Shown in pieces: positions 63,139 through 64,000 of a stretch of 64,000 nt of DNA (the stretch's first letter is position 1; each line of letters begins with the position of its first letter). A program made the translations under genes and the position numbers. The notes beneath the pieces are model-generated. The model did no database searches and had not been told where the DNA came from. It saw nothing but the letters and a program-made list of their open reading frames with translations. Location: the NCBI GenBank assembly GCA_031414595.1, contig JANNVX010000088.1:29787-93786 (forward strand). Reading direction: 5' to 3'. Source of the stretch: Deinococcales bacterium. GTDB taxonomy: Bacteria > Deinococcota > Deinococci > Deinococcales > JAAFIG01.

Positions 63139-64000
63139 ACCGCCAAATGTTTAGTGGTGAAGCCGCAATTTTAACCAAGAACCGATACGCTACGTCCAGT
63201 GCAGCCCGAACATCACCAATTTGTACGGCTTCGCTTGGATGATGCGAAATACCACCAGGGGAACGAATAAAAAGCATAGCGGTACGGGTGATTCCAGCCA
63301 GAATCATGGCATCGTGACCCGCGCCAGATGGTAATTCAAAGCGCTTGCGCCCAGAATCCTCTAAAGCATCGCCTAAAAAACCAAGCAGCATTTCATCGCA
63401 GTGGCTTGAGGCTTGCTCGAGTAAAACGGTGTGACTAAATCCAAGGTCGCGTTTTCGGGCGGTGTGCCAAGCAAAATCGAGCAGTTCTGCCACAGCCCGT
63501 TTGCGGGTTGTGTCCTCGAGATGCCGCACATCTAAACTAAAAGTTACCTGTTCTGGAATGACATTTCCCGCGCCGGGTTGAACTTCTAATATGCCCACCG
63601 TAGCCACCAGTCCGGGCGTGAGTTTGGCAAAACGTTCGACCTCGAGAACCACCTGAGCGGCGGCTACCAGCGCATCCTTACGAAGATTCATCGGGGTTGT
63701 TCCAGCATGACCAGCCTTGCCAGTTAGGGTCAGGCTGGCACGGGTCTGCCCAGCAATACCTTGTACCGCGCCAAGGGCTAGACCTTTGGCTTCTAAGACA
63801 GGACCTTGTTCAATGTGCAGTTCTAAATAGCCCAAAAGCGCTCCTGCTCGAGCCGAAGCCATATCAAAGGGGTTTAAGCCAAAGTCAGAAATGGCTTTGG
63901 CAATACTGACTCCGTTTGCGTCTTGTTTCTCCAGAATATCTGGGGTAAGCGTCCCAACCACCGCCCGAGAACCAATAAATGGTAGGGCAAACCGCACCCC
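63137..64000 (-). CDS. allC: allantoate amidohydrolase / N-carbamoyl-L-amino-acid hydrolase (M20 family), C-terminal part; 5' end outside window
   Basis: GKAGHAGTTPMNLRKDA, LPSGAGHDAM and SPGGISHHPSE motifs of the AllC/AmaB family. The ORF is open to the window edge. Confidence 0.8.
   Translation of the reverse strand, partial: GVRFALPFIGSRAVVGTLTPDILEKQDANGVSIAKAISDFGLNPFDMASARAGALLGYLELHIEQGPVLEAKGLALGAVQGIAGQTRASLTLTGKAGHAGTTPMNLRKDALVAAAQVVLEVERFAKLTPGLVATVGILEVQPGAGNVIPEQVTFSLDVRHLEDTTRKRAVAELLDFAWHTARKRDLGFSHTVLLEQASSHCDEMLLGFLGDALEDSGRKRFELPSGAGHDAMILAGITRTAMLFIRSPGGISHHPSEAVQIGDVRAALDVAYRFLVKIAASPLNIWR

Overview
The 64-kb window comes from an unidentified diderm bacterium. GC looks close to 50% by eye, and an LPS/envelope gene set is present (fabZ, lpxA, an LpxB-related protein, an MsbA-like exporter, murJ, OstA/LptD-like proteins).

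The core genome is mostly ordinary housekeeping and accessory metabolism:
- leuD (3' part), tam, a GH13 amylase, prfA, trxA
- rapZ, a yvcK-like gene and nif3
- a purine-catabolism group (xdhC, uraD, allC-like) with a BMP-type ABC importer
- an OmpR/HK two-component pair
- a yqiJ/yqiK-like NfeD-flotillin operon
- several toxin-antitoxin pairs

Three things stand out.
1. The hexamer CTCGAG is enormously over-represented. I count roughly 4-15 copies per kb by hand, so several hundred in the window against about 16 expected. It occurs in all three codon phases, in spacers and in the mobile island. This resembles the HIP1 highly iterated palindrome of cyanobacteria, but with a different word.
2. 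A 12.2-kb island is integrated into tRNA-Thr(CGU), with exact 48-bp att repeats at 25976-26023 and 38171-38218. It carries:
   - a tyrosine integrase, a MazF-like/HTH toxin-antitoxin pair and an AlpA-type excisionase
   - a RecA/DnaB-like replication ATPase
   - a leaderless SLOG/DprA-like gene next to a hairpin-dense ORF-free region
   - a few virion-like remnants

   It has no capsid, terminase, lysis or conjugation genes, so it looks like a phage satellite rather than a prophage.
3. A 363-bp MITE-like element with 15-bp terminal inverted repeats and a 9-bp target duplication sits upstream of trxA.

I found no rRNA genes and no CRISPR array. All coordinates, counts and family calls come from reading the sequence and the ORF track, with no database searches. 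Functional calls rest on recognisable motifs and should be confirmed by HMM or structure searches.
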